This document shows, piece after piece, positions 10,457 to 21,095 of a stretch of 64,000 nucleotides of DNA. Each line of letters begins with the position of its first letter. Within the stretch, counting starts at the first letter, position 1. Source of the stretch: Candidatus Marinacidobacterales bacterium (GTDB lineage: Bacteria > Acidobacteriota > Vicinamibacteria > Marinacidobacterales > DATDRI01); assembly GCA_965219415.1 (NCBI GenBank), contig CBDCNP010000002.1, forward strand, positions 1,696,001 to 1,760,000. The letters are read 5' to 3'. A program made the position numbers and the translations under genes. The notes under the pieces are model-generated. The model saw only the letters and a program-made list of their open reading frames with translations, did no database searches and had not been told where the DNA came from.

Positions 10457-10595
10457 GTGATTACGTCCTCACCTAGCTAGTTACGCCCCCGCTCCGGAAC
10501 CAGGGGCCTGCCAAGCCCTGGCCACCAGCCGGACCGGCGTCATTTAAATGCCGTACGTTTAGCCGCTTGAAAGTTGAGCCCAGCGAAAATTAAGG

Positions 10596-10628
10596 CTCGC
10601 GAAGCCCTGCTTCCGGGCTTCGCGAGCG
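10596..10628. repeat. Perfect 13-bp inverted repeat (hairpin) between tRNA-Gln and prs
   Basis: GCTCGCGAAGCCC-tgcttcc-GGGCTTCGCGAGC. Confidence 0.7.
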
Positions 10629-10653
10629 GAACGAGCCGTGCGCCTCGCGTCCT

Positions 10654-10774
10654 TTAGATCTCAGAGCGGCTGGCCGTCAGAATGTCCCATCGCCAGTTCG
10701 CCTAACCAGGCGGTTCTTAGATCGCGCCCGACCGCCAAATTACCTCGTTGCCAGTCTCGATCTAGCCAGGCGGT
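10654..10774. repeat. Two imperfect ~60-bp tandem units directly 3' of tRNA-Gln
   Basis: Shared blocks TTAGATC (10654, 10717), GCCAGT and CCAGGCGGT (10706, 10766). Confidence 0.55.
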
Positions 10775-10779
10775 GATAG

Positions 10780-10854
10780 TGGCTGGGGCGGAAGGATTCG
10801 AACCTTCGAATGCCGGTTCCAAAGACCGGTGCCTTACCGCTTGGCCACGCCCCA
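10780..10854 (-). tRNA. tRNA-Gln (anticodon UUG)
   Basis: TGGGGCGTGGCCAAGCGGTAAGGCACCGGTCTTTGGAACCGGCATTCGAAGGTTCGAATCCTTCCGCCCCAGCCA; cloverleaf, T-loop TTCGAAT and encoded CCA. Confidence 0.98.
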
Positions 10855-10926
10855 ATCAGCACTCAACAGACCCCGCAGGCCCTGCCGAGCTCACTACCGG
10901 GCGCAACCATTGTACCCCAATGTACC

Positions 10927-11271
10927 CTAGGTCTTCCCTGCCTCCGCCTCTTCGCCGCCCACCGTTTCCGTCGAATGCTCTCCCTCCGGGAGCACGCGCG
11001 GCGGGATGCTCGAGACTCCAGAAACCTCGGTCTGGTAGCAGTTGAGTACCTTCTCTTCCATCATCCGACGAGTATCGCTGTTCAGCGGGTGGGCAATATC
11101 CCTAAAAGTGCCGTCTTTCCGTTTCTTGCTGGGCATCGATATGAAGAGTCCCTTGGGACCATGAATGATTTTGATATCACTAATGACGAAACAATTATCC
11201 AGTATGATGGAGACAAAGGCCTTGAGCTTCTCGTCCTCCACGGGGAAAACCCGAACCTCGGTGATTTCCAT
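10927..11271 (-). CDS. spoVG: SpoVG family nucleic-acid-binding regulator
   Basis: MEITEVRV..KLKAFVSI..DIKII.GPKGLFISMPSKK..FRDIAHP; GGAGG SD. Confidence 0.95.
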   Translation of the reverse strand: MEITEVRVFPVEDEKLKAFVSIILDNCFVISDIKIIHGPKGLFISMPSKKRKDGTFRDIAHPLNSDTRRMMEEKVLNCYQTEVSGVSSIPPRVLPEGEHSTETVGGEEAEAGKT

Positions 11272-11310
11272 CGGAGCCTCCCTCCTTCAGGCGTCGCCAG
11301 AGTGCTGTAG

Positions 11311-12192
11311 CTAGTGCTCCAGTAGTCTCTCCCGATATGTGTTTCCTGCCAGAGTGCGGGTCGCAATGGCGCGGATTCCGCGTCCTTTCAAGGATTGAAC
11401 GACCGAGCGAGTCACCGCCGCGTCATCGAATATCCCAAAGACAGCCGAGCCGCTGCCGGACATTAAAGAGGCGACAGCCCCGAGCTCAAGGAGGATCTGT
11501 TTGTATCCATTAATAGAGGAGAGATGCTCCCTAGCTGCGGCTTCTAGATCGTTCATCAAGTCGGGAAGCCCGTTCCCCCCGCCTAAACTGGCCGACGCAA
11601 AGGAGTGGAGTTTAAGGCTCGACTCCCGCTTTGTCAATATCAAATTCCGATACGCAGCGGCGGTCGAAATAGCGAAATCGGGTAGAATCAACACGATCGG
11701 CACAACCACCTGGTGGGCGAGTGGGAATATCTCGTCGCCACGTCCCACACCGAGGGCGGTCCCGCCGAACAGGAAAAAGGGTACGTCCATCCCGAGCTCG
11801 GCCCCCAGGCTCGATAGGTCTCGATACGACAAGCCCACTTGCCAAAGCTCGTTGAGCGCCAGTAGGGTCACTGCAGCGTCCGAGCTTCCTCCCCCTAGTC
11901 CCCGGCCGGCCGGGATACGCTTTTCGAGCTCTACCCGTACTCCCACCGGGCGATCCACTCGCTCGGCGAGCAGCTCCGCCGCTCGCACCACGAGGTTGTC
12001 GGATCCAGTCGGCAGGTTCGGGTAGTCCAGGTCAGGCAGGTCGAGCTCAATCCCGCTCGAGCGCGACTCGAAACTCAGACGATCGTAGAGGTCCACGGTC
12101 TGGAGGATCGTCCGCAGCTCGTGGTAACCATCCTCACGACGGAACAACACCTCGAGACCGAGGTTCACCTTGGCGTAGGCGCGGGCTTTCAC
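11311..12192 (-). CDS. ispE: 4-diphosphocytidyl-2-C-methyl-D-erythritol kinase
   Basis: Motifs AKVNLGL, DGYHEL, KRIPAGRGLGGGSSDAA, DVPFF and MSGSGS. Confidence 0.97.
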   Translation of the reverse strand: MKARAYAKVNLGLEVLFRREDGYHELRTILQTVDLYDRLSFESRSSGIELDLPDLDYPNLPTGSDNLVVRAAELLAERVDRPVGVRVELEKRIPAGRGLGGGSSDAAVTLLALNELWQVGLSYRDLSSLGAELGMDVPFFLFGGTALGVGRGDEIFPLAHQVVVPIVLILPDFAISTAAAYRNLILTKRESSLKLHSFASASLGGGNGLPDLMNDLEAAAREHLSSINGYKQILLELGAVASLMSGSGSAVFGIFDDAAVTRSVVQSLKGRGIRAIATRTLAGNTYRERLLEH

Positions 12193-13037
12193 TGACTCGG
12201 CTTCACAAAAACGGCCTCGCCTCCTATTTGGGCCAGGCCGAGGCGATCCGCCCCCTCTGGAAGGGTGACGACGAATGCTTCTGGATCGAGACGGATGTTG
12301 ATGTCCAAATCGTCCACGGTCAGCGACGCCTCGATGCTTTCGCTCTTTATCTCGATCCGGTCGGGGGCAGCCTTGCCCGCGCGTTTCCAGTCCGTCGGGT
12401 AGATGACGCGATAGGGGCTGCGTTGCGCCACTCGGACCTGGTCGCCCTGAAGCTCGACGTGACCCTCGTCCATCAAAAGACGAACCTTGTCGCCCAGGCG
12501 TTCGGTCTGAACCAGTTTCGCAGAAGTGACCGGCAAACCGGTTCCAGCGAGAATGGCCATGATCTCGATCGGGCTCAGCCGGATCCCAAGGAGCGCTCCC
12601 ACCACGTCCTCGACTGCTGATTCTTCGAGGTACTGACGGCCTCGGGGAAACAAGACCGTAATCTCACCGTCGCTGGCCACTGCGATCCATCGGCTGGCGC
12701 CGAAGGTCGCCAGGAGTTCGACGCGAACCCGATCCGGCCTCTCGAAGATAATGAGTTCCGTCGCACGGAACTTGCCTTCGGGGCCCTTGCCTCGAACCCG
12801 AACCACCGCCTGGTACCGCTGAACCGATTCGCCTTGTTGTTCGAGGAGCTCAACAACTCGTCCGGTTTCCTCGGCCGAAAGGGGTATTGCCGGAACGTCG
12901 CCTACCGGAGTCACGGGTCGGCGGCTGCACCCGCCCGTCAGCAGGATGAGCGACACGAGCAAGCTAACCGGGGCGGACCCGCCGAGGACTTTCCGATGTG
13001 GCGCCTTGTGAAATACGGGGTCCATAGTTGAAACCAT
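12189..13037 (-). CDS. Lipoprotein in the lolB position (LolA/LolB-like fold suspected)
   Basis: Hydrophobic stretch ending in lipobox-like LLTGGC; beta-rich PDRVRVELLATFG segment; lies between the TPR gene and ispE; start approximate. Confidence 0.6.
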   Translation of the reverse strand: MVSTMDPVFHKAPHRKVLGGSAPVSLLVSLILLTGGCSRRPVTPVGDVPAIPLSAEETGRVVELLEQQGESVQRYQAVVRVRGKGPEGKFRATELIIFERPDRVRVELLATFGASRWIAVASDGEITVLFPRGRQYLEESAVEDVVGALLGIRLSPIEIMAILAGTGLPVTSAKLVQTERLGDKVRLLMDEGHVELQGDQVRVAQRSPYRVIYPTDWKRAGKAAPDRIEIKSESIEASLTVDDLDINIRLDPEAFVVTLPEGADRLGLAQIGGEAVFVKPSQ

Positions 13038-13059
13038 GGACGGTTTTCGGCCGGTCGGC

Positions 13060-15054
13060 CTAGGGAAGATCTTTACCGAAACGGGCGTTTTCAATCTTCT
13101 GAACGACCTGGTCTTTCTCCAGCTCGTCGTCCTCTTCCTCCATTGCCTTGCGCCAGAAGCGAACGGCCTCGTCGCGATCACCCTTACGATAATAAAGGTC
13201 GCCGAGGTGATCGTAAACCACGCCGGTGGTACGCAAGCGCTCGATGGCCTTCAGAAGGTTCTCCTCCGCGAGCTCGAGCCGACCAAGCCTGAAGTAGACC
13301 CACCCTAGGCTGTCGAGATAGGCGCCGTTGTAGGGGTCGAGGGCCACGGCCTGCTGAATGTATCCGAGGGACTCTTCGAGTCGATTCCCACGGTCGGCCA
13401 GCATATAACCCAAATAATTCAAGGCGCCGGCACTCTCTGGATTCAGGGTCAAGACTTTGCTGAAGGCCGCTTCCGCGGGACCGACTTCGCCTTGCCGTTC
13501 CAGTACCGCGCCTAGCTGAAACAAGAGTTGCTCGTCTTCCGGTATGCGATCGATCGCGTTCTCTAAGAAACCCTCCGCCTCTTCGAATCGCTTGGCACCA
13601 TGGAGGTAATTAGCGACAGCGCCAGCCAACATACCGTCGTCCGGTGAAGCCGCCGAAAGGTCGCGAAGCAACTTCAAGCCTTGTTCTTCATAACCTTCTT
13701 CATAGAGCACTTGAGCTTTCAAAATTTGTAGGCGCGGGTCACCGGGGAATCGCGCGAGTGCTTGCTTGTTGGCTTCCGCCGCAGCCGCCGGATCATCGGC
13801 CGCCAAATGTGCTTGGACGACATAGGCCTCGAAGCGAGGATCGTCTGTCATCAGACGGCGTGCCTCCTCGAATGCGGCGACCGACTCCGGATTCTCCGCC
13901 AGGGCTTGATAAGCGAACCCGAGGTGGGTCAAAAACTCGGCTCGCCGTCCGAGCGGATATGAGTCTTGCGGTAGCGACAAGAGGTTCCTCAACTCTTCGA
14001 TCGCCGCACGGTATTCCCGCTTGTCCTCGTATACGCCGGCCAGTGCGGAGCGGCCTGAAATGTGTTGAGGGTTGAGGTGGAGCAACCTTTGGAGAAGCGC
14101 CTCGGCTTGATCGGGTTGCCTCAAATCCCGTCGCACCAAAGCCAGTCCGAAGAGCGCCTCCGCCCGATCCGGCTCCATTTCCACAACGCGCTCGAACTCG
14201 GCCGCCGCCTCTTCCATGCGTCCGGCTTGCGCCAACGAAGTGGCGAGCTGTTGCAGGAGTTTGGGATCCCGGGGAGCCATGTCGAGGGCCTCCCGATAGA
14301 CGGCCGCCGCGTGATCGAACTCTCCGAGCTCCTCGTAGAGCGTGGCCAAGAGGAGTCGAGCTCGTTGGTGTCGAGGCTCGGCCTCGATCGATTGGCGGAG
14401 GAGGTCGGCTGCTTTGTCGACGTCGCCCTGCTCGCGTCGCACCTGGGCCAAGAGGTAAAGCGCATAGGAAGAGTTGGGGTCAATGTCGATCTGCTGTTCG
14501 AGTTGCTCTGACGCCTCGTCAATCTGCCCACGCATCAGATAGAGCTGTGCTAGCCCCAGCCGGCTTTCTCCGTCGCGCGGTTCGAGGCGGAGCGTCTCCT
14601 TGAACTCGCTGATGGCTAGTTCGGTCAACCCTCGCTGCTCCCGATTGCGACTTTGCCGGAAGTAAACGTTCGCAAGCAACCGGTGGGCTGCCGCGAGCTC
14701 ACCGTCGAGCTGAATCGCACGGGTGGCGCTCGCAACCGCTTTCTGCGAGTCGTTGGCCCTCCAATACACGTTGGCGAGCGCGTAGTGAAGGTACGCCGCA
14801 TTGGGATCGCGTTCGACGGCCTGGATGTAGTAATGCGTAGCCCCACTGGCGTTCATCTGCCCCTCGTTCATCCGCCCGAGACAGTACAGATAGTAGGCCT
14901 CGGCGGTACCGTCTACCTGCGCTTCGACCGGAACAACGAGCAGTAGCGACGGGGCCAAAAACGCCCACAAGGCAACGACGAGCGAGGAGAAACGGACGCG
15001 CGACAATTTGTCTAGGGTCTTCAAGGGCATATGTTTTGTATGATCGAACGACAC
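13060..15054 (-). CDS. Exported tetratricopeptide-repeat protein
   Basis: Signal-like N-terminus, many TPRs and C-terminal ALNYLGYMLAD..AYLDSLGWVYF..DHLGD; true start may be ATG 15030. Confidence 0.9.
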   Translation of the reverse strand: MSFDHTKHMPLKTLDKLSRVRFSSLVVALWAFLAPSLLLVVPVEAQVDGTAEAYYLYCLGRMNEGQMNASGATHYYIQAVERDPNAAYLHYALANVYWRANDSQKAVASATRAIQLDGELAAAHRLLANVYFRQSRNREQRGLTELAISEFKETLRLEPRDGESRLGLAQLYLMRGQIDEASEQLEQQIDIDPNSSYALYLLAQVRREQGDVDKAADLLRQSIEAEPRHQRARLLLATLYEELGEFDHAAAVYREALDMAPRDPKLLQQLATSLAQAGRMEEAAAEFERVVEMEPDRAEALFGLALVRRDLRQPDQAEALLQRLLHLNPQHISGRSALAGVYEDKREYRAAIEELRNLLSLPQDSYPLGRRAEFLTHLGFAYQALAENPESVAAFEEARRLMTDDPRFEAYVVQAHLAADDPAAAAEANKQALARFPGDPRLQILKAQVLYEEGYEEQGLKLLRDLSAASPDDGMLAGAVANYLHGAKRFEEAEGFLENAIDRIPEDEQLLFQLGAVLERQGEVGPAEAAFSKVLTLNPESAGALNYLGYMLADRGNRLEESLGYIQQAVALDPYNGAYLDSLGWVYFRLGRLELAEENLLKAIERLRTTGVVYDHLGDLYYRKGDRDEAVRFWRKAMEEEDDELEKDQVVQKIENARFGKDLP

Positions 15055-15062
15055 TTAAAACC

Positions 15063-15166
15063 ATTATCGGACCCCCGCGGAAGGTTGTCAACGGAAGGTG
15101 ACATGGATGAGGTCTGCCGGGGGTCGGTAGCGGCAGATTGACACCCCATGAGCGGCCTGTTATAAA
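15063..15166. promoter_or_regulatory. Divergent sigma70-type promoters (TPR operon / LPS operon)
   Basis: Minus: TTGACA (15091-86) N17 GATAAT. Plus: TTGACA (15138-43) N17 TATAAA with TGn extension. Confidence 0.65.
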
Positions 15167-15188
15167 GTTTTTGACTAGAGACTGCTAT

Positions 15189-15377
15189 ATGGCCATTCAT
15201 CCTGAGCTACTAGAGATATTGGCGTGCCCGGTCTGCAAGACACCGGTCACGCTCGTCAAAGAAGGTGCCGCTCTCAAATGCGGAAAATGTTCCCGGGTGT
15301 ACCCGATCCGGGACGACATTCCGATCATGCTCGTCGACGAGGCCACCATCGAGCAGTCCGACACGAAGACTATTTGA
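15189..15377 (+). CDS. Trm112-like (YcaR/UPF0434) protein
   Basis: [35 protein letters not shown]. Confidence 0.92.
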   Translation: MAIHPELLEILACPVCKTPVTLVKEGAALKCGKCSRVYPIRDDIPIMLVDEATIEQSDTKTI

Positions 15378-16432
15378 GCCAACTCGTCCACGGCGGGCTC
15401 CGCAAGATCCTGTGCCTGCGGCTTCGTTCCATGGGAGACGCCGTCCTAATGACCCCGGCCCTGGATTCGCTTCGCTCCGCCCTGCCGGACGCGAAGCTCT
15501 ACGTGGTGCTAGCTGAGAAGTTTGCCGATCTTCTCGAAGGGCACCGTTCGGTCGACGGAGTGCTGCCACTCGGCCGGGGAAGCTTCGACAAGATCTGGCT
15601 GGCGAAAAGACTCCGCGGCTTCGGCTTCGACGCGGTGATCAACTTTCACGGCGGTCCAACCAGCGCTTGGCTCACCGCGGCTTCGGGAGCACCGCTTCGG
15701 GTCGGGCGGCACAACTACCGGTTTCGCTTGGCCTACAACCTGCGTGTCGGACGGCCTGAAGAAGCCTTAGCCGATCCCGCGGCCACCCATACCGTTCATG
15801 ACCAGGCCTCATTAGTGGCGGCGCTCGGAGTGCCGGTCGGCGATCTGCTCCCCAGTCTTCGAGTCCCTGCGGAGGCTCGTGCCCAAATGAGCCGGCGGCT
15901 GGGAGAGCTGGGTGTCCCTAATAGAGATTATCTGTTGTTCCAACCTACCGCCAGCTTTCCGTCGAAAGAGTGGCCCGCAGACCGATTTCTAGAGCTCGGT
16001 CGCTCGCTGAAAGAGCGCACCGGAAGACCGGTAGTGATCAGCTTGCCCGGTCCACAACACTCGCTCACCGAGTTTTTTTCACCCGAGCTGCCGGTGGCCT
16101 CCGGCCTCTCATCTGGGGAACTCATGGCCTTGATAGAGTCCGCGTCGCTCTACGTCGGCAACGACAGTGGCCCGATGCACGTCGCCGCGGCCCTGGGTAC
16201 CCCCGTCGTGGGTATATTCGGTTCCTCCGACCCCAAACGCTGGCATCCCTGGGGCGTCCCGCACCGGGCGATCGCCGCCGGTCTCGAATGCAGCCCATGC
16301 CACGGCAAGTGGTGTGTCAACCCGGCACAGTTCGCCTGCCTCACGGAGCTCTCGGTCGACAGGGTGATCGATGCCGCTTTGGAGCTCTTGCCTGCGGACA
16401 TGCCGAGCAAGGCCGCGCGAAGGGAAGGGTAA
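15374..16432 (+). CDS. Glycosyltransferase family 9 (LPS heptosyltransferase-like)
   Basis: Motifs [16 protein letters not shown] and [23 protein letters not shown]; TTG start overlaps the Trm112 stop. Confidence 0.9.
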   Translation: MSQLVHGGLRKILCLRLRSMGDAVLMTPALDSLRSALPDAKLYVVLAEKFADLLEGHRSVDGVLPLGRGSFDKIWLAKRLRGFGFDAVINFHGGPTSAWLTAASGAPLRVGRHNYRFRLAYNLRVGRPEEALADPAATHTVHDQASLVAALGVPVGDLLPSLRVPAEARAQMSRRLGELGVPNRDYLLFQPTASFPSKEWPADRFLELGRSLKERTGRPVVISLPGPQHSLTEFFSPELPVASGLSSGELMALIESASLYVGNDSGPMHVAAALGTPVVGIFGSSDPKRWHPWGVPHRAIAAGLECSPCHGKWCVNPAQFACLTELSVDRVIDAALELLPADMPSKAARREG

Positions 16433-16433
16433 C

Positions 16434-17669
16434 CTGAAGGCCGCTGCCTCCACCCTCCCCGGGACGGATCGGCTGGCCGAGCTCGCGAGTCGGGAATCAG
16501 CGCTTGTCTTCGCCATCGGTTTCTGGCTAGCTCTAATCCAGATCTCCATCGCCGCTTCCCAGATCGTGCTGACGTTCGCGCTGCTCCTTTGGCTGTATCA
16601 ACTCGCGGCCGGCAAAGCGGAGCTGGTGCGGCTGCCGTTCGATTGGCCGCTCGGTCTGTTCGTTCTCTTCAGTATCGCCTCGGCGGGATTCTCGTTCGAG
16701 CCGACAGAAAGCTTTGCCAGCGTGAAGAAGCTGGCGCTCCTCGCGATTCCATATGTTGTCGTCAGCGTGGTTCGCCGAACCTCGACGCTGGAGCGTTTGG
16801 TGTTGGTCTTGATCGTCGTGGCGGATTTGGGCGCGCTTTTCGCCCTATGGCAGTATTTTTTCAGCGATCTGGGCGACATCAATCATCGGATCCGCGGATT
16901 CATGAGCCACTACATGACGTTCGCTGGGCTGCTCATGGGCGTCGGCGTGCTCGCGTTTGCCGAGCTACTCTTTGGCCGTCGAAGGCGCGCCTTCCTCGCG
17001 GGAAGTTTGGTTTTGATTCTGGTTGCTCTGGCACTCTCGTTGACACGCAGCGCCTGGATCGGCGTGCTGGTGGCATTCGGCTTGCTGTGCTTCTTGCGCG
17101 ACCGACGCCTGCTGATCGGAATCCCGGTGATCCTAATCGGAGCCATGCTTCTCGTGCCCAGCGATGTCGAGAAGAGAGTACGATCGCTCGTCCGACCCGA
17201 TCGCTCGAGCAGAGACCGTATGTACATGTTGAAGAGTGGCATCCAGATGACCGCCAATCACCCATGGTTCGGCGTGGGTCCGAACATGGTGAAGTCGGTC
17301 TACCCTATCTATAGGTTGGAGGGCGCTCCGCACCTGCAGAATATTCATTTACACAATAATGTCGTTCAAATCGCGGCCGAACGTGGTTTACCATGTCTAT
17401 TGGCCTGGGTATGGCTGATGGCCATTGGATTAACGGTAAGCATTCGGTCCTACCGGGCGGCTCGCACAGGGGAGCGTGCACCACCTGAAAATAGCGGTCG
17501 CGGATTGGCAGCCGGAGCCTTGGCGCTCATGGGCGCGGGATTGACCGCAGGGCTCTTCGAGTACAACTTCGGCGATTCAGAGTTTCTCATGCTCTTTCTC
17601 TTTGCTATGGCGATACCGGTCGTGCTCGAACGGAATCGAACCGAAACACCAAGGGATGTGCTCCTTTGA
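16434..17669 (+). CDS. O-antigen ligase family (WaaL-like) protein
   Basis: Multi-TM; SLTRSAWIG, HPWFGVGP and HLHNNVVQIAAERG motifs; start uncertain (CTG 16434). Confidence 0.85.
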   Translation: MKAAASTLPGTDRLAELASRESALVFAIGFWLALIQISIAASQIVLTFALLLWLYQLAAGKAELVRLPFDWPLGLFVLFSIASAGFSFEPTESFASVKKLALLAIPYVVVSVVRRTSTLERLVLVLIVVADLGALFALWQYFFSDLGDINHRIRGFMSHYMTFAGLLMGVGVLAFAELLFGRRRRAFLAGSLVLILVALALSLTRSAWIGVLVAFGLLCFLRDRRLLIGIPVILIGAMLLVPSDVEKRVRSLVRPDRSSRDRMYMLKSGIQMTANHPWFGVGPNMVKSVYPIYRLEGAPHLQNIHLHNNVVQIAAERGLPCLLAWVWLMAIGLTVSIRSYRAARTGERAPPENSGRGLAAGALALMGAGLTAGLFEYNFGDSEFLMLFLFAMAIPVVLERNRTETPRDVLL

Positions 17670-18670
17670 ATGCGGTCTCGGCTAAGCGAGCGTCGGCGAT
17701 TCTCCGTGCCGCTCGCGGCAAGGAGGTTGCGGTCATCGGTGACCTGATGCTCGACGAGTTCGTTTGGGGTAAGGTGTCTCGCATCTCGCCCGAAGCTCCG
17801 GTGCCCGTGGTAGAGGTCTCCGGCCATAGCTTCCACCTCGGCGGCGCCGCCAACGTCGCCCACAATCTACACAGCTTGGGAAGCGAACCCCTTCTCATCG
17901 GCATCTTGGGAGAAGACGACGCCGCACGTCGCATGCGCGTGGTGCTTCAAGAGGTTGGCATATCGGAGCAAGGATTGCTCACCGATCCGACCCGGCCGAC
18001 CACTTTGAAAACGCGGATCATCGCACATAGCCAGCAAGTCGTGAGGGCCGACCGCGAGTCGCGGAACGACATTTCCGCATCCCTCGAAGAGCTCGCCCTC
18101 GATAAGGTCACCGCCGCTCTAGATCGCGCCAGCGCCTTGGTTGTCTCCGATTACAGCAAGGGTACGTTGACGACTCGGCTCCTTCGGGAGTGCACTCGAC
18201 TCGCGCGACGCCGGAAAATTCCGCTTCTGGTGGATCCGAAGCTCCCCCGCTTCGCTGAGTACAGAAAAGTCGATCTGGTGACCCCAAATATCCACGAGAC
18301 AGAACGCTTCACCGAGACGAGCATCAGTGATGCGCAAGCCTTGGCTCGAGCCGCGCGCGCCATCCTCGGCAAGCTCGGCTGTCAGGCAGTTCTCATCACT
18401 CGTGGTGAGCAAGGCATGTCTTTATTCGAGAAGGGAAAGCCTGCCGTGCACATCGATGCCTCGGCACGGGAAGTCTTCGACGTCACCGGAGCGGGCGATA
18501 CGGTAATCGCAACTATCGCTTTCGCCCGAAGTGGCGGCGCGTCGCTAGCCGACTCCGCGAGGTTGGCCAATCAAGCGGCGGGAATCGTGGTCGGGAAACT
18601 CGGTACGGCGGCGGTGGACCCGGAAGAACTATTAGCCTCGCTCAGTGGCGGAAGTGGCGCACTCCGGTAA
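17666..18670 (+). CDS. rfaE1: D-glycero-beta-D-manno-heptose-7-phosphate kinase (RfaE domain I)
   Basis: Motifs [35 protein letters not shown] and DVTGAGDTV. Confidence 0.94.
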   Translation: MNAVSAKRASAILRAARGKEVAVIGDLMLDEFVWGKVSRISPEAPVPVVEVSGHSFHLGGAANVAHNLHSLGSEPLLIGILGEDDAARRMRVVLQEVGISEQGLLTDPTRPTTLKTRIIAHSQQVVRADRESRNDISASLEELALDKVTAALDRASALVVSDYSKGTLTTRLLRECTRLARRRKIPLLVDPKLPRFAEYRKVDLVTPNIHETERFTETSISDAQALARAARAILGKLGCQAVLITRGEQGMSLFEKGKPAVHIDASAREVFDVTGAGDTVIATIAFARSGGASLADSARLANQAAGIVVGKLGTAAVDPEELLASLSGGSGALR

Positions 18671-20225
18671 AAACCATCGCCAACTCTCGTTCGTCCGCTC
18701 CGTGGATCACCTCTTCGTCCCGGATAGATCCGCCGGGCTGGATGATCGCTCGCACGCCGGCATCCGCCAGCTGATCGAGTCCATCGCGAAAGGGAAAAAA
18801 CGCGTCGGAAGCGGCCACCGATCCCTCTAACGAGCTCTGCGCCTTGGTCACCGCAAGGCGGGACGAATCCACCCGGCTCATTTGGCCTGCGCCGATACCC
18901 AAAGTGTGGCGTTCCTTGGCTATCACGATGGCGTTCGACTTCACGTGCTTGGCCACTTTCCAGGCGAACTCCAGCGCAACCATTTCTTGTTCGGTCGGTC
19001 TACGCTTGGTCGGGATCTCCAAGCGCTCACGATCCAGAGGCGAGTTGTCCCAATCCTGAACCAGCAACCCTCCCACCACGCGGCACAGGTTGCGCCCTTC
19101 CCATCCCGAACGAGATGGATCATCGATGGCCAAGAGCCGAAGGTTTTTCTTTCCGCCAAGCTCCTCGAGCGCATCCGGCTCGAACCCCGGGGCAATGACT
19201 GCCTCGAGGAAAGTCGAAGCCAACTCCTTCGCGGTTTTCTTATCCACCGGGCGGTTGAGCCCGACGATGCCCCCAAAGGCCGAAACGGGATCGGTCTCCC
19301 GCGCCTTGACGTAGGCACCCGATAACGTTTCCCCGAGTGCAACCCCGCAGGGGTTGGTGTGCTTGATCACCACCGCGGCGGTATCCTCGAACTCACACGT
19401 AAGGCGCCAAGCGGCATCGAGGTCCAAAATATTGTTGTACGAGAGCTCCTTCCCCTGGAGCTTTCTGGTTCCTGCCACCGCGGTAGGCACGGCGCCCGCT
19501 TCGCGATAGAAAGCGGCTGACTGATGGGGGTTTTCCCCGTAGCGAAGATCTTGAACCTTTTCGAAGGAAACGCTGAGCGTTGCGGGCAGCGTTGCCTCGA
19601 GCTCGGCCGCGACCAATTCCTCATCGCGTACTTCCAATTGCGTCATATAGGCACCAATGGCAGCCTCGTAGCGAGCACTGGCGCGGAACGCCTTCACCGC
19701 CAGGTAGAGTCGAGTGGCGAGGTCCATGCCTTCGTCCAGCTTTCCCAGAACCAGCGGGTAGTCACGTGGGTCGACGACCGCGAGCACGTGCTGGAAGTTT
19801 TTGGCGGCCGCTCGCAACATGCTCGGCCCGCCAATATCGATATTCTCTATGATCTCGGAAACAGCGCTCTTCTCCGCGACTTTGGCTTCGAAGGGATAAA
19901 AGTTCACTGCGACGATATCGACCGGGGTGATTTCGTTTTGCTCGAGCTCCTCCAGATCAGAAGCCAGGTCGCGGCGCGCCAAGATGCCGCCATGAATAAG
20001 TGGATGAAGGGTCTTCACCCGACCGCCTAGTATTTGCGGAAAGCCGGTTGCCTCGGGCACCGGAGTCACCGGAATCTCTTCCTTGGAGAGTACGTTTGCA
20101 GTGCCGCCGCTCGAGATAACCTCATAGCCTCGTTCCGCAAGGCTTCTAGCAAACGGAACGATCCCCTCCTTGTTGGCTACGCTCAGCAGCGCTCGAGTCT
20201 TGGATTTTTCTCGCGAAACATTCAT
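18642..20225 (-). CDS. purH: Bifunctional AICAR transformylase/IMP cyclohydrolase
   Basis: Motifs [39 protein letters not shown] and [11 protein letters not shown]; ends RHFRH. Confidence 0.98.
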   Translation of the reverse strand: MNVSREKSKTRALLSVANKEGIVPFARSLAERGYEVISSGGTANVLSKEEIPVTPVPEATGFPQILGGRVKTLHPLIHGGILARRDLASDLEELEQNEITPVDIVAVNFYPFEAKVAEKSAVSEIIENIDIGGPSMLRAAAKNFQHVLAVVDPRDYPLVLGKLDEGMDLATRLYLAVKAFRASARYEAAIGAYMTQLEVRDEELVAAELEATLPATLSVSFEKVQDLRYGENPHQSAAFYREAGAVPTAVAGTRKLQGKELSYNNILDLDAAWRLTCEFEDTAAVVIKHTNPCGVALGETLSGAYVKARETDPVSAFGGIVGLNRPVDKKTAKELASTFLEAVIAPGFEPDALEELGGKKNLRLLAIDDPSRSGWEGRNLCRVVGGLLVQDWDNSPLDRERLEIPTKRRPTEQEMVALEFAWKVAKHVKSNAIVIAKERHTLGIGAGQMSRVDSSRLAVTKAQSSLEGSVAASDAFFPFRDGLDQLADAGVRAIIQPGGSIRDEEVIHGADERELAMVFTGVRHFRH

Positions 20226-20276
20226 GCTCGTCCCTTCCCTACTCTTGTTATGAACCGGCCCTGATAATCATGTTTT

Positions 20277-21095
20277 TTAATCGGAAGCCGGCTTCTTTCG
20301 AGCCCTCGGCACGCCTGGTTTTTCTTCCGGGAAAAACCGGTAACCGATGAAATCGCCGTTCGCCTTTTCCCAAGCGGCCAGCCAGAGATACGAAGCAGCG
20401 GTGACTCCCCGCGAGTATCCCAACGAGGCCTTCGCGTAAGGCACCGAACGATAGTCGAAGGCCGTGGCGGGCACCAACCGGCCGTCCTTCCAAAAAGCAT
20501 CCGCCAGGTCGGGAACGGAAGCCCTACTAGCAGACGAGAGCCGTTGCAGTAATGTCGTGACGGAAACCCCGCCCTTTAACGTTGAGGGCAGACTCCAGTC
20601 GTAGACCAGGGGAAACTCCTCGAGGTGCAGCGTGACGAAACGATGAAACTCTCCGCTGGCACGCGCGAGTCGTGGACCCGAGGCGCCCACCACCGTCGGG
20701 TCGGCCAAGTCGGCGGCGATGCGAAGAAGCTTTCCCAGTTCGACCGCAATCTCCCGGAACGGGCGATGCTGATTCACATGCTCTGCTACGCCATGAACCC
20801 TCTGATCTACGGCACGGGCCGTCTCTTGAGAAAGTGAGCCCGCCAAACCGTCGCGGGCCAGAGCCGACGCCATCTCTCCCTCCAGCCCGAAGACTCCCCT
20901 CAACAAGTAAGCTTCGTTCCGCCAGAGGACGCGCCGAAGAGTCGGAGGCATGATGAGCAGGGTGTCGTAGACCATGTTCCGGTAGGTGGGAGCCGGCCAC
21001 GCGTCAGCGAACCCGGGCACCATGACGAACAACAGCGTGAGAAGGATGAAGCGGGGAGAAAGCGAGGACGAAAGAGACCCGAGACCGCGGGTCAC
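20277..21095 (-). CDS. Exported hypothetical protein, possible degenerate Zn-phospholipase C / S1-P1 nuclease fold
   Basis: Signal peptide ending ADA followed by Trp; LGKLLRIAADLADP segment; helical; overlaps the upstream gene (GTGA). Confidence 0.5.
   Translation of the reverse strand: MTRGLGSLSSSLSPRFILLTLLFVMVPGFADAWPAPTYRNMVYDTLLIMPPTLRRVLWRNEAYLLRGVFGLEGEMASALARDGLAGSLSQETARAVDQRVHGVAEHVNQHRPFREIAVELGKLLRIAADLADPTVVGASGPRLARASGEFHRFVTLHLEEFPLVYDWSLPSTLKGGVSVTTLLQRLSSASRASVPDLADAFWKDGRLVPATAFDYRSVPYAKASLGYSRGVTAASYLWLAAWEKANGDFIGYRFFPEEKPGVPRARKKPASD

Noticed and set aside
10780-10854. tRNA-Gln as an integration site for a prophage or island
   Set aside because: No integrase nearby and no duplicate of the tRNA 3' end was seen.
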